64,000 bases of DNA from Octopus sinensis (Eukaryota): positions 47,120,001 to 47,184,000 of the forward strand of contig NC_043014.1 of NCBI RefSeq assembly GCF_006345805.1, read 5' to 3'. The notes under the pieces were generated by a model. That model was not told the origin of the DNA and ran no database searches. It saw only the letters and a list, made by a program, of their open reading frames with translations. Position 1 is the first letter of the stretch, and each line of letters starts with the position of its first letter. Positions 1 through 12,220 of this stretch are shown here, in pieces. The position numbers and the translations under genes are program-made.

Positions 1-24
1 TTGTTTATTTATTTATTTACATAT

Positions 25-415
25 CGCAGGAGTTGCTGTGTGGTAAGTAGCTTGCTTACCAACCACATCGTTCCGGGTTCAGTCCCACTGCGTGGCATCT
101 TGGGCAAGTGTCTTCTACTATAGTCTCAGGCCAACCAAAGCCTTGTGAGTGGATTTGGTAGACGGAAACTGAAAGAAGCCCGTCGTGTATATGTATATAT
201 ATGTGTGTTTGTGTGTCTGTGTTTGTCCCTTTTCCAACATTGCTTGACAACCGATGCTGGTGTGTTTATGTTCCCGTAACTTAGCAGTTTGGCAAAAGAG
301 ACTGATAGAATAAGTCCTAGACTTACAAAGAATAAGTCCTGGGGTCGATTTGCTCAACTAAAGGTGGTGCTCCAGCAAGGCCACAGTCAAATGACTGAAA
401 CAAGTAAATAAATAA
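25..415 (+). mobile_element. SINE family A (tRNA-derived, internal TA/TG microsatellite)
   Basis: Head aggagtggctgtgtggtaag with B-box-like gggttcagtcc; tail gactgaaacaagtaaa; about 15 near-identical copies in this window. Confidence 0.85.
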
Positions 416-1027
416 AACATCCTTCTAGGTCTCCTTAGAATAATAGATACTTTTATATTCTCTTCTTCTAAGAAGTAGAAGAGTCAACAGAGGGATATAA
501 CATGGAAGTGGGTAAGTGGCAGTAGAGTACTGATGGATGGTCGTTGGGGTAGGGCTGGCTGTCTTTCAGATGCAGTCTAAAATATTCCTAGCAAAGGATT
601 GTCCTTGCCACACACACACACACTGACACACATACCACCATCACATGTCATTGATATCACAATTCATGTTTGTGAAAAAACATCAGGTTTTCTTCAATAT
701 CTTACAACAATGAATCCTAAACCAAGCCCATTCAGTAATTTGAAAATAGAACACATCTTAAATGTTTGTGTGACAGCTGCTGTCCTGTTTATTGTGTATG
801 AACAGCATTGCTGTATGGTAGTGTTTGTGTGTCAGCTATAGAGGGACCAGGAAGTGTCTGCTATTCTAGAGAAAAGGGATACTTACTCTCCTTGCTGTGT
901 ACAGATAAAGATGGTTGAATGAATAAGATAGTGGGCTATTAGTCCATAGGTTGTGAGTTCAAATCTATTGGTCACAAGCAGAACTTGTTATTCAAGTTTC
1001 CTTTGTCAAGAATAGATCACCTGGGAA

Positions 1028-1635
1028 TGTTTACTGTGATATGGCATATTATTATGAAATGCTCTGTTCTTTCATAATGAAATGCTTTATCATTATGAAA
1101 TGACAGGGCATTTCATAAATGCTCAATCATTTTCATAAATGCTCAATCATTTTCATAAATGATAAAGCATTTACGAAGCACCTTCACTAGTCAGTTAAGG
1201 TGAGACAGTTTAACGTGACAACTTGCTGGGGCTACCGCTGGAGCCTAGCAGAAGGTATTTAAAGGGAAAAATTTTGACAAGTCAGTCAGTCACCGGCTGA
1301 CACTCGCTGACGATACATCGAAGAGGCCAGGGAATAGAAGAAAGAAGAAGAAAGAAGACATGCACCCAACACCAGAGCTGAAGACACCTCCAAAAGAGGG
1401 GGCCCCACCACGTCAAAACGGTAGGGGAGTAGGGCCCGAAACCGGACATGGTTCCTCCTGATGATGACTTGAGCTAACTGGATCTTATAAAGGAGCTGTT
1501 GTGGTAGCAGACCACGAAAAACGGTTGTAATTCCTGGTGGGAGATTTGTGTCTCATTTTCTGCATTTAAATTTTTCTTGTCCCCATATTTCTAACAAGAA
1601 TATACTCCGTATTTTGTGGTTTATTTCCCAATACA
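1028..1635 (+). mobile_element. Putative solo LTR
   Basis: TGT...ACA termini flanked by 4-bp direct repeat GGAA (1024-1027, 1636-1639); internal TATA-like motifs; strand assignment tentative. Confidence 0.45.
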
Positions 1636-1670
1636 GGAATTATGGGATGTTTAGTGAAATAACTTTCTCT

Positions 1671-2203
1671 TTTACTCTTTTCACTCTTTTACTTGTTTCA
1701 GTCATTTGACTGCAGCCATGCTGGAGCACCGCCTTTAGTCGAGCAAATCGACCCCAGCTCTTATTCTTTGTAAGCCTAGTACTTATTCAATCGGTCTTTT
1801 TTGCCGAACTGCTAAGTTACGGGGACGTAAACACACCAGCATTGGTTGTCAAGCGATGTTGGGGGGAAAAACACAGACACACAAACATATACACACACAT
1901 ACATATATATATATATATATGTATGTAAAAGTAAAAAATATACAAACTGGGACAAGAACGTGAAACATTTAGAAGACGACACAAAAAAACACGGACGGGA
2001 CATTCGAAGCCCTCAATCATCAGTCAAGAACCGGATCATCTTCGCAATTTCGGCTGATTAATATATATATATATATATATATATCACCGTGATCACCATG
2101 ACCGACCAGGCTATCAGATGTTGCTAAACATCGCTGGTCACAATGCGCTTCACATTGTTTTAGCCTTCAAATGATGCCACTCTGCTGGCTAAGCGAGCAG
2201 GCC

Positions 2204-2259
<56 letters not shown>

Positions 2260-2428
2260 CATATATACGAAGAGCTTCTTTCAGTTTCCGTCTACCAAAT
2301 CCTCTCACAAGGCTTTGGTCGGCCCGAGGCTATAGTAGAAGACACTTTCCCAAGGTGCCACACGGTGGGACTGAACCCGGAACCATATGGTTGGTAAGCA
2401 AGCTACTTACCACACAGCCACTCCTGCG
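1671..2428 (-). mobile_element. SINE family A split by nested insertions in its microsatellite
   Basis: 3' half 1671-1925 and 5' half 2265-2428 separated by a Penelope-like fragment (~1926-2060) and another SINE tail (~2083-2205). Confidence 0.8.
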
Positions 2429-2852
2429 CCTGTAAAAAATACATGTAAAATACATGTAAAAAAAAACTATGTAAAAAATACATTCTTCTCCTGTTCGATC
2501 AGTGTTGAATTGGTTCAACTTGGACTAAACACTGGCCCTTAAAACCCCCTTGAGACATAAGTAACATTCAGCTGTAATACTGTTCTTTTGTCTGTAGTTT
2601 ATCTAAGGCAATAGCAACCACCTTTGTTAGCAACCACCTTCGTTAGCAACCATCTTCTTTAGTTATCATTTTTCTTAGTAGCCATCAAATTAGCAACATC
2701 TTCAGCAACTTCTTTAACAACCATCTTCCTTAGCAACCTCCTTCCTTGGTAACCATCTTTTCTAACAATCTCTTCCTCTTCCCAGCCATCTTCCTACATC
2801 ACATTGTTGAACCTGATAAGAATTTATAACTTAGGCACAAAATTCCTTGACC

Positions 2853-3268
2853 TTACTCTTTTACTCTTTTACTTGTTTCAGTCATTTGACTGCGGCCATG
2901 CTGGAGCACTGCCTTTAATCAAGCAACTCGACCCCGAGACTTATTCTTTTTATAAGCCCAGTACTTATTCTATCGGTCTCTTTTGCCGAACCGCTAAGTA
3001 ACGGGGACATAAACACACCAGCATCGGTTGTCAAGCAATGCTAGGGGGAGAAACACAGACACACAAACACACACACGCATATATATATATACATATACAT
3101 ATATACGACGGGCTTCTTTCAGTTTCCGTCTACCAAATCCACTCACAAGGCTTTGGTCCGCCCGAGGCTATAGCAGAAGACACTTGCCCAAGGTGCCACA
3201 CGGTGGGACTGAACCCGGAACAATGTGGTTGGTAAGCAAGCTACTTACCATACAGCCACTCCTGTGCC
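2853..3268 (-). mobile_element. SINE family A
   Basis: Full-length reverse-complement copy. Confidence 0.85.
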
Positions 3269-3449
3269 TATTAGTGTATTAATGGTATTTATTGACCTCA
3301 GAGGAATAAACTCTTACTCTAACCTTGGTGAGATTTGAACTTAAAAACTGACAGAGATGAAAGCAAATAATTTATTGTTCAACCATCTTGTTGTTAGTTA
3401 AACCATCAACAAGTGGTGGTGGACGTGGTGGTCATGGTCATGGTCGTAA

Positions 3450-3745
3450 ATTAGATTGACCCCGGTATGCAACTGGTACTTAATTAATCACGAAAAGATG
3501 AAAGGCAAAGTTAACCTCGGCAGAATTTGAACTCAGAACGTAAAGACACACGAAATACTGCTAAGCCTTTTGCCCGGTGTGCTAACATTTCTGTCAGCTC
3601 ACCGCCTTAAAAAATATTCTTTTCTACTCAAGGCACAAGGCCTGAAATTTCTGGAGAAAGGGCCACTCGATTAGATCAACAACAATATGCAACTGGTATT
3701 TAATTTATTGACCTCGAAAGGATAAAAGGCAAAGTTGACCTCAGT
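3450..3745 (-). mobile_element. SINE family B, two partial copies
   Basis: gaaaggatgaaaggcaaagttgacctcggcagaatttgaactcagaacg core; A/B-box-like head on minus strand. Confidence 0.75.
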
Positions 3746-4357
3746 GGGTTTGTATGAAAAATATGGTAATCCAGGTTGTGAGAACTTAGTAAATAAAATC
3801 TGTGATCTAAGTTCAATTCCTACTTGTGGCTATATTCACTTACTTTACTAAGATTGATATGAACATCACCACATCAACCAACCACCAACTTGAGTCAATA
3901 AGCTTTTCCCCTCTTAATTGTTGATTAAGTCAAAGAAATTATCTTTATGGTGTATGTATGTATATGAATGTGTGTGAGGGGTGTGTGTATATTTGTGTAT
4001 GTGTATGTGAGTGTACATGCAAATAGAAAGACATGCATTCACACACACACACACGCGATGGGCTTCCATGCATTTTCCATCTACCAAATTTTCTCATAAA
4101 ACATTTTTCAGCCTAGAAGACACTTGCCTAAGGTGCTGCACAGTAGGAGTGAACTCAAAACCACATGGTTGCAGAGTGAGCTTCTTGACCACACAACCAT
4201 GTGAATGTATGTTGGTGTGTGTAGGTGCATGATGTGTGTGTGTAGGTGCATGGTGTGTGTGTGAATGCAAGTTGTATTTATATGTGTGTGTATTTGTATA
4301 TGTGTATAGTTAGAGCAATAATAAATCTCTGAACGAGGTATAAACAGTAACTGCACG

Positions 4358-4641
4358 ACAATGTGAGGTATATTTGCCATCTCAATATGGCTAACCACTA
4401 AGGGTGGGTGTTACTGTAGCTTGTAGCCCCAAGAGAACATCTCCTCCAGCTGGCTTTAGGCACACTTTCTGTGCCCTTAAGGTATTTGCAAAGGAGATGA
4501 CCTCCCTTTTCAAATACCATAAGGGCACAGAAAGTGTGCCTAAAGCCAGCTGGAGACGATGTTCTCCTGGGGCCACAAGCTACAGTAACACCCACCCTTA
4601 GTGGTTAGCCATATTGAGATGGCAAATATACCTCACATTGT
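4358..4641. mobile_element. Fold-back (palindromic) element, near-perfect 284-bp hairpin
   Basis: ACAATGTGAGG...GGTATTTG pairs with CAAATACC...CCTCACATTGT about centre 4499/4500; related single arm at ~21775-21845. Confidence 0.85.
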
Positions 4642-5146
4642 ATAGATAGACATGTTCTAAAAATACATAAGTGCTTATGCTATGACATTAGATAATTCCT
4701 CACAGGTGCCTTCTGCATGAAAATCTGCATGAAAAAAGTGCAGGATAACATAACAAAAATGTATTTTAATCAACTGAAATTACACCTATCATATGAGTTA
4801 ATGATAAACTCTTGTTCAGATAAGCAGCCGAGAGAACCATGAAATGTAAATTAATTACAAATGGAGTTGGGTGGAATGTGTTTTATGTTTGGTAAGTACA
4901 GAGACAATTTTGGGCATTTTTTGGAGGCTTTAAACTGCATCTGGTTTTAGGGCCCTAGTTCAGGAATTCCAGGGCTTTGAAGAGTGTGGCACCACCTATT
5001 AGCCACCGTTGTTCCCAGGTATACTCTGACCCAGATTAGTAATACCTGTCAGGTTCCCAGCCATGGGATAAATGACACCTGAGCCAGGGTACATTAAAAT
5101 CATGGGAGACAACATGGTGGATGTCAAATATTTCAGCAGATGAACT

Positions 5147-5557
5147 GGATCTTTTCGGTTTGAACGGCAGTTTTTAACATAATTTCTAGATAACTAAAAA
5201 ATTTTAAACTTCATATACTGGTAGAATGTGTTTATAAAACATCTTTTTCTCTTGGCTTTATTGAGAAAATTCTATAGTTTGTAAGATATTTGTTGTTTTT
5301 TTTCTTCAATTTCTGCAATTTCAACCAATCACTGCCGTCTATTGACGTAAAAAACATTCTGTGTCGTATGAATATGTCCCTCATTTAAGAAACAGATTGG
5401 GTTTATTTACATTTGTGAAGACAAAAAAGATACCCTTCCCCCCAACCCTAACCCTAAAACAGATTGAAATGCAATAGATCGATACTAGGGTCATAATTAT
5501 GGGTGACAATTTCATATGACACCGCTAGAAAAAACTGCCGCTCAAGCCGAAAAGATC
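5147..5557. mobile_element. MITE with ~29-bp TIRs and 8-bp TSD (Merlin- or hAT-type)
   Basis: GGATCTTTTCGGTTTGAACGGCAGTTTTT / AAAAACTGCCGCTCAAGCCGAAAAGATCC; TSD GATGAACT at 5139-5146 and 5558-5565. Confidence 0.85.
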
Positions 5558-6043
5558 CGATGAACTTATTGAGTCGATGGTGAATATCACTAGATGCTGA
5601 GCAGATGAACAGACAATAAACTGTCCATGGCCAGGATCAACCAGTGCAGTTGGTGAACCACTGCTATTATCTGTAATTACAGTATGTGCAGATGAGGTGT
5701 TTCAGTGAGCAAATGAACAATGAAGGACCAGAACCCAGCCTGCATTGCTCAATTGAGACATCCAAACTGGAAGAGCTGTCTTCATCGAGACCTAGACAAG
5801 TCACTCAACTGGAAGATGGCGATGGTGACAAAAAAAATCACCTGCATAGGGATTTGAACTGGTAACAAGCTAAGAATGAAGAACAGGTGGTCACACATCT
5901 TGTCCACTTGGCCAGCTTATTTCTATGGTGTGTTGTTATGAGCAACGCCTTTTGTTCTGCCGTAATGTCTCTATTAATCCTTCAAAACAATTAGCAGAAT
6001 TAATATTCATAACCAGATGTTTCTATTTTATTATTTTCAATCT

Positions 6044-6101
<58 letters not shown>

Positions 6102-6195
6102 ACACACACACACTCATTTATTAATTTTTCAAATATGTCATCTTTCTAGATTTAGAGGATTTCAAAGAATGAATTTTTTTCTTCTTTATCATTCT

Positions 6196-6585
6196 TTTCT
6201 ACTCGAGGCACAAGGCCCGAAATTTTGGGGGAGGGAGCCAATCAATTAGATCGACCCTAGTACACAACTGCTATTTAATTTTTCAATCCCGAAAGGATGA
6301 AAGGCAAGGTCAACCTCGGCGGAATTTGAACTCAAAACGTAATGACAGACGAAATACCTATTTCTTTACTACCCACAAGGGGCTAAACACAGAGAGGACA
6401 AACAAGGACAGACACACGGATTAAGTCGATTATATCGACCCCAGTGCATAACTTGTACTTATTTAATCGACCCCGAAAGGATGAAAGGCAAAGTCGACCT
6501 TTTAAACTCAGAACATAGCGGCAGACGAAATACTGCTACGCATTTCACCTGGCGTACTAACGTTTCTGCCAGCTCACCACCTTTT
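6196..6585 (-). mobile_element. SINE family B head-to-tail multimer
   Basis: Core repeated twice with junction gacgaaatacctatttctttactacccacaagg. Confidence 0.8.
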
Positions 6586-6903
6586 TCTTCTTTATCATTG
6601 ATAATAGTTTAATTATGAATACGTGGAATCAAAATAGTTCCCTGTTTACTCATACATTGCTATCCTAAGTCAAAAAACGTAAAATGTGTGTGGCGGGGCG
6701 TGTATAATAAATGAAAATGAACAAGTAGTTGTTTGTTCATGCATATCATGTGTGTGTTTATGGTCAGTCATCTGAAAAACATCAGAAAAAGCATGCTTTA
6801 AAAGAAATTTTGAGTAGTTGTATTTTATGTAGTTGAATAGTAACCATCAGAAAGTTACCATTGGTTTTATGCCGGCTATTGCACTTGGCAATAAGCGTGA
6901 GTC

Positions 6904-7302
6904 TACTCTCTCTCTTTACTCTTTTATTTGTTTCAGTCATTTGACTGCGGCCATGCTGGAGCACCGCCTTTAATTGAGCAACTCGAACCCGGGACTTATT
7001 CTTTTGTAAGCCCAGTACTTATTCTATCGGTCTCTTTTGCCGAACTGCTAAGTGACGGGGACGTAAACACACCAGCATCGGTTGTCAAGCAATGCTAGGG
7101 GGACAAACACAGACACACACACACATATATATACATATATACGACAGGCTTCTTTCAGTTTCCGTCTACCAAATCCACTCACAAGGCTTTGGTCGGCTCG
7201 AGGCTATAGTAGAAGACACTTGCCCAAGGTGCCACGCTGTGGGACTGAACCCGGAACCATATGGTTGTTAAGCAAGCTACTTACCACACAGCCACTCCTA
7301 CG
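6904..7302 (-). mobile_element. SINE family A
   Basis: Full-length reverse-complement copy. Confidence 0.85.
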
Positions 7303-7332
7303 TCTACTGGTCAGAAGCACATAATTTCTTTA

Positions 7333-8289
7333 CGAATGGAGGTAAATATATAGTCTTGGTCAGTTTGATGGTGAAAAAAAAACCTAAATCCAAAAGAAAA
7401 ATTCTGAAATGCAAAGAGTTAGCTCTCCTTGAACAATTTCAGCTGTGTTTCTGAATAAGGTCAGTTTCTATACACTTTTTCTGTTCACTAGCTTGCAAAC
7501 AGAAAAGACCAAGTTTCCAAAACACGTTTTCTGTTATGAGGGCATTGACAAAACAGTTCACTTTTTAAATTCAAGAAGGTATCACTAAGAGATTATCCAA
7601 TAGACATAACTCAAGCGATTCATTCAGTTGTGCACCTTGTGTAAAAAATATATTGGTGAATGCCCTAAAACCCTGCTCAGAAGTAGGATGTGCATGTAGG
7701 GTTAACAAATAAGTACCCGGTAGATGGTTGATGCATCACTGAGGCCATAATCTATGAGCAGTAGTGTTCAACGGTAGCATCAACAACAGCAGCAGCTGTA
7801 ACACTCGAAGAGTGCATGTGGAAATATGTTGGAGTAACAGAGGGCACCTTTAAGGCCAGGCTGGGTTCACTTTTAGGATTCCAAAGTGGCACAGTGTTAC
7901 AACATTAGCCAGCTAATATGGTGATTAAAAGATGAGAGAATTCCATAGAAAATTGCATGGAAGCTGCTGGAACAATCTACTCCTTATCTCAATGGAAGCA
8001 GACAGTGCAAAATCTGCTGGCCGAGGGAACAATCTACATGATCTGAATGCCTTCTTAAATTCAAAAAGTGAAATTTTTAACTAATGCCCTCAAAACAGAA
8101 AATTCATTCTGGAAATATGGTCTTTCTCACATGTACACAAGTGAACAGAAAAAAAACATATAAACTTGTCCATTTTGGACACAACTGAAATCATTCAAGG
8201 GGAGATAACTCCCTCTCAGAAGGGATTTGTTTTTGTTCAGATTTTTTACACCACCAAACTCACCAAGACAATATATTTACCTCCAGTAG
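7333..8289. mobile_element. Non-autonomous DNA transposon with long (~210 bp) degenerate TIRs
   Basis: tggaggtaaatatatagtcttggtcagtttgatggtgaaaaaa mirrors ttttttacaccaccaaactcaccaagacaatatatttacctcca; TA at left flank. Confidence 0.7.
7686..8075 (+). pseudogene. Penelope-like GIY-YIG endonuclease fragment (stops and frameshifts)
   Basis: Conceptual translation CACR..PVDG*CITEAIIYE..KYVGVTEGTFKARL..LKDERIP*KIAWKLLEQSTPYLNGSRQCKIC fits the PLE endonuclease pattern. Confidence 0.7.
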
Positions 8290-8443
8290 TGAAGAGGCTA
8301 TGTACTTCAGGACAGCAGGTCTGATGAGTCACCTATATTGCCAAGTACAACAGTAGATGTGAAACTAGTGGTAACTTTCCAACTGATTATATACCATTAC
8401 CAAGGATATACTACTTGACTGCATGATATATATATATATATAT

Positions 8444-8655
8444 ATCATCATCGTCGTTTAACGTCCGTTCTCCATGCTAGCATGGGTTGGACGGTTCGAC
8501 CGGGTTCTGGGAACCAGAAGGCTGCACCAGGCTCCAGTCTAATTTGGCAATGTTTCTACAGCTGGATGCCCTTCCTAACGCCAACCACTCCGTGATGTAG
8601 TGGGTGCTTTTTACGTGCCACCTGCACAGGTGCCAGGCGGGGCTGGCAACGGCCA
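8444..8655 (-). mobile_element. SINE-like family D with (GAT)n tail
   Basis: ggatgcccttcctaacgccaaccac core; (ATC)n at left end is the tail on minus strand. Confidence 0.75.
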
Positions 8656-8731
8656 TATATAATATATATATATATATTATATTATATATATATATATAAT
8701 ATATATATATATATATGTATATATATAAATT

Positions 8732-9256
8732 TTAGAGAGTTAACCACTATGTGGATAACTCTAGTGCTAAAAATAGCCCCGATAGTATAGCCACAGAAAA
8801 AGATGTTTCCAACTAGAAGTAACATACATTTAACGGAAGGAAAGTGAAATATAACGAATAAATAGATTGACCCTGAACAAATTGTTTCATTACTAATGTA
8901 ATATGTAATTTTACTTACATACACATCTATAAATCATCAGCAGAGGTTTGTCTTAATAACTTTATAACTAAAAATGCAATTCGTTAAACCGCTCGTGTTT
9001 TTGACGCTCGGGTCGATCTAATTAATTGTATTTAAAACAAACCTCTGCTGATGATTTATAGATGTGTATGTAAGTAAAATTACATATTACATTAGTAATG
9101 AAACAATTTGTTCAGAGTCAATCTATTTATTCGTTATATTTCACTTTCCTTCCGTTAAATGTATGTTACTTCTAGTTGTAAACATCTTTTTCTGTGGCTA
9201 TACTATCGGGGCTATTTTTAGCACTAGAGTTATCCACATAGTGGTTAACTCTCTAA
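8732..9256. mobile_element. Fold-back element: 220-bp inverted arms, 85-bp spacer
   Basis: 8732-8951 is the reverse complement of 9037-9256 with 2 mismatches seen; explains the mirror ORFs 8682..8924 and 9064..9270. Confidence 0.9.
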
Positions 9257-10311
9257 TAATTTATGTATAAATTTGTATTTTCTCCGTAGTTTTTTGTGCT
9301 AAGCCACTCGGTGTTAAATTAATGGTATTATTAAATTATTATCAATTTTTCACCCTCATTTATAAATATATATATATATTCAAACTACAGCTGGTAGTGG
9401 AGAATTTTTCTATAATTTTTTGCTACCCCAAAATTTATTAATATATATATATGTATATATATATGCCCTCAAAACAAAATTCATTCTGGAAATATATATA
9501 TATGTATATATATATATTGGTGAATTGAAGAAATGGAGCTGAACGCAGTTGCTACTAAGGTATCGGTTAAACTTTTGATTAATCTACTACAAGATTATTC
9601 ATCTTTCTATTTCACATTATATATATATATATATATGTAAATGATTGCAGCATGAAAACACATATAAACCATGTCTTCAATAGCATTGGTTTCAAATTTT
9701 TGCACACGGCCAGAAATTTTAGGGTGGGGTGTAAGTTGAAAACATCAACCCCAGTGCTCAACTGGTACTTATTTTATCGACCCCCAAAAGGATGAAAGGT
9801 AATTTCAACCTCAGCAGAATTTGAACTCACAACATTAACCCATATATGCTCATAAAAAATGAAGTCTTAAAATTTCACTGTATTTAGATTAAACGCTATG
9901 GTAAGCTTTCACAATCTGGAAGAGAAGGACAGTATGCAATTATTAGCTACAGGTGTCGACTACCTACTGGACATTTCGTATGCTCCGTCAGATGTTTCCT
10001 AGCATGTTCATGTCCAAACAAGTAGGAGCAGGATTTTCATTGTAAAAATGCAACCAAGGGTATGTATGGGTTTTTTAAGATGGATGAAAGATGCCACTAA
10101 GCATTTTTCTCAGCGTGCTTATGATTCTACCAACTTGCCACCTTGTGTCTCTTCAATAATAATGATTTCAAATTTTGGCACAAAGCCAGCAATTTCAGGA
10201 GACGGGGATAAGTCAATTACAGAGGCCTCAGTATTCAACACATACTATTTTATTGATTCCAAAAGGTAAAGTTGACCTCAGTGGAATTGGAACTCAGAAC
10301 ATAAATATGGC

Positions 10312-10471
10312 GTAGGAGTGGCTGTGTGGTAAGTAGCTTGCTTACCAACCACATGACTCCGGGTTCAGTCCCACTGCGTGGCACCTTGGGCATGTGTCTT
10401 CTACTATAGCCTTGAGCCGATCAAAGCCTTGTGAGTGGATTTGGTAGACGGAAACTGAAAGAAGCCTGTCG

Positions 10472-10526
<55 letters not shown>

Positions 10527-10773
10527 TATGCCTTCGTCTTTTGTTTATTTTCGTATACCTTCCCATTATATATATGTATGTGTGTATGCTTGTGTGTCTG
10601 TGTTTGTCCCCCCAACATCGCTTGACATCCGATGCTGGTGTGTTTACGTCCCCGTAACTTACCGGTTCAGCAAAAGAGACCGATAGAATGAATAAGTTCT
10701 GGGGTTGATTTACTCGACTAAAGGTGGTGCTCCCGCATGGCCACAGTCAAATGACTGAAACAAGTAAAAGAGT
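10312..10773 (+). mobile_element. SINE family A with a short Penelope-like fragment in its microsatellite
   Basis: Family A head and tail; foreign segment gccttcgtcttttgtttattttcgtatacc at ~10530-10570. Confidence 0.8.
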
Positions 10774-11353
10774 ATGGGTGAAAAACTGCCAAGCATTTTG
10801 CCTGATGTGCTTACAATTCTGCCAGCTTGCCGCTTTATATGTCTCTTCAATAATATTGCCAGCTGTTTTAAATGGTTATATTTCTTTATGTGTTGCAGGG
10901 CACCAGTACATCATGACACATCACAACTGGTTTAATCACCAAACTTAACTGGCTGAGTTTTTTCCAAGATTTATTATCACAGACTACAACAAATAAACAA
11001 TTGATTCCACTAAACTTTATTGAGCTCAGATTATTGAGTTTTAAAGACGACACACAGAAATATTGAAGAAAACTCTTTATTTTTGTATTATACACGCTGA
11101 CAAATTCACAAATCGATATACTCACGCTCACATGTATACAGTGACAAACAGATACATCCAGAAACATACACACACACGCATATATCTTTACTGATAACAT
11201 ATACACATATAGACACACACACACAACATATAGTATGAAATAAAGGAAATATATTTATTCTGTACCAAAATCACAAGTCTACTGACTGCAAACGGACTCT
11301 GAAATACCCCAGTTGTCATACGTCTTACAAATTTGCTCGGTTGACGGCGAAAA

Positions 11354-11566
11354 ATGGATGATACATTCAGCCATGGTTATTGTCAAATGAAGGACTCCCC
11401 AGTCGACCACCGGAAAGCTGAGGGGTCATTCAGACCCCAGACGGCTAAGGAGAAAATGAAACCACCCAGGGATCCTTGCAGTTGTATTTACCTTGCTCTT
11501 GTGATGTCAGGAGCTGGATTCCTGCTGCCGTACAACAGTTTTATTACAGCTGTTGATTATTATCAG
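11354..11566 (+). CDS. SLC29A4: Equilibrative nucleoside transporter 4 / PMAT-like, coding exon 1
   Basis: ATG at 11354; encodes MDDTFSHG...IYLALVMSGAGFLLPYNSFITAVDYYQ, matching the ENT4 TM1 motif GFLLPYNSFIT; donor CAG|GTAATT, phase 0, 213 nt. Confidence 0.93.
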
Positions 11567-11589
11567 GTAATTAATTAATTAATTAATCA

Positions 11590-11683
11590 CTTCTTCTTCT
11601 TCTTCTTTTTCTTCTTCCTCTTCTTCTTCTTTTTCTTCTTCCTCTTCTTCTTCTTTTTCTCTTCTTCTTCCTCTTCTTCTTTT

Positions 11684-11731
<48 letters not shown>

Positions 11732-11823
11732 TCTTCTTTTTCTTCTTCCTCTTCTTCTTTTTCTTCTTCCTCTTCTTCTTTTTCTTCTTCCTCTTCTTTT
11801 TCTTCTCCTCTTCCTCTTCTTCC

Positions 11824-11854
<31 letters not shown>

Positions 11855-11884
11855 TCCCTTCTTCTTCTTCTTCTTCTTCCTTTC

Positions 11885-11915
<31 letters not shown>

Positions 11916-11928
11916 TTCTTCTTCCTTT

Positions 11929-11963
<35 letters not shown>

Positions 11964-12084
11964 TTCTTCCTTTTCTTCTTCTTCTTCTTCCTTTTCTTCT
12001 TCTTCTTCTTCTTCTTCTTCTTCTTCCTCCTCTTCTTCTTCTTCTTCTTCCTCTTCTCCTTCTTCTTCTTCTTCTTCCTCTTTT

Positions 12085-12116
<32 letters not shown>

Positions 12117-12220
12117 TTCCTCCTCCTCCTCCTCCTCCTCCTCCTCCTCCTCTTCTTCTTCTTCTTCTTCTTCTTCTTCTTCTTCTTCTTCTTCTTCTTC
12201 TTCTTCTCGTCGTCGTCGTC
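11590..12220 (+). repeat. (TTC/TCC)n polypyrimidine trinucleotide tract
   Basis: About 630 bp of TTC with TCC/TTT variants, starting 23 nt after the exon 1 donor. Confidence 0.95.

Noticed and set aside
8315-8375. CTGATGA...GAAACTAGTG hammerhead-like motif
   Set aside because: Stem II does not pair, the cleavage position is G and stem I is absent
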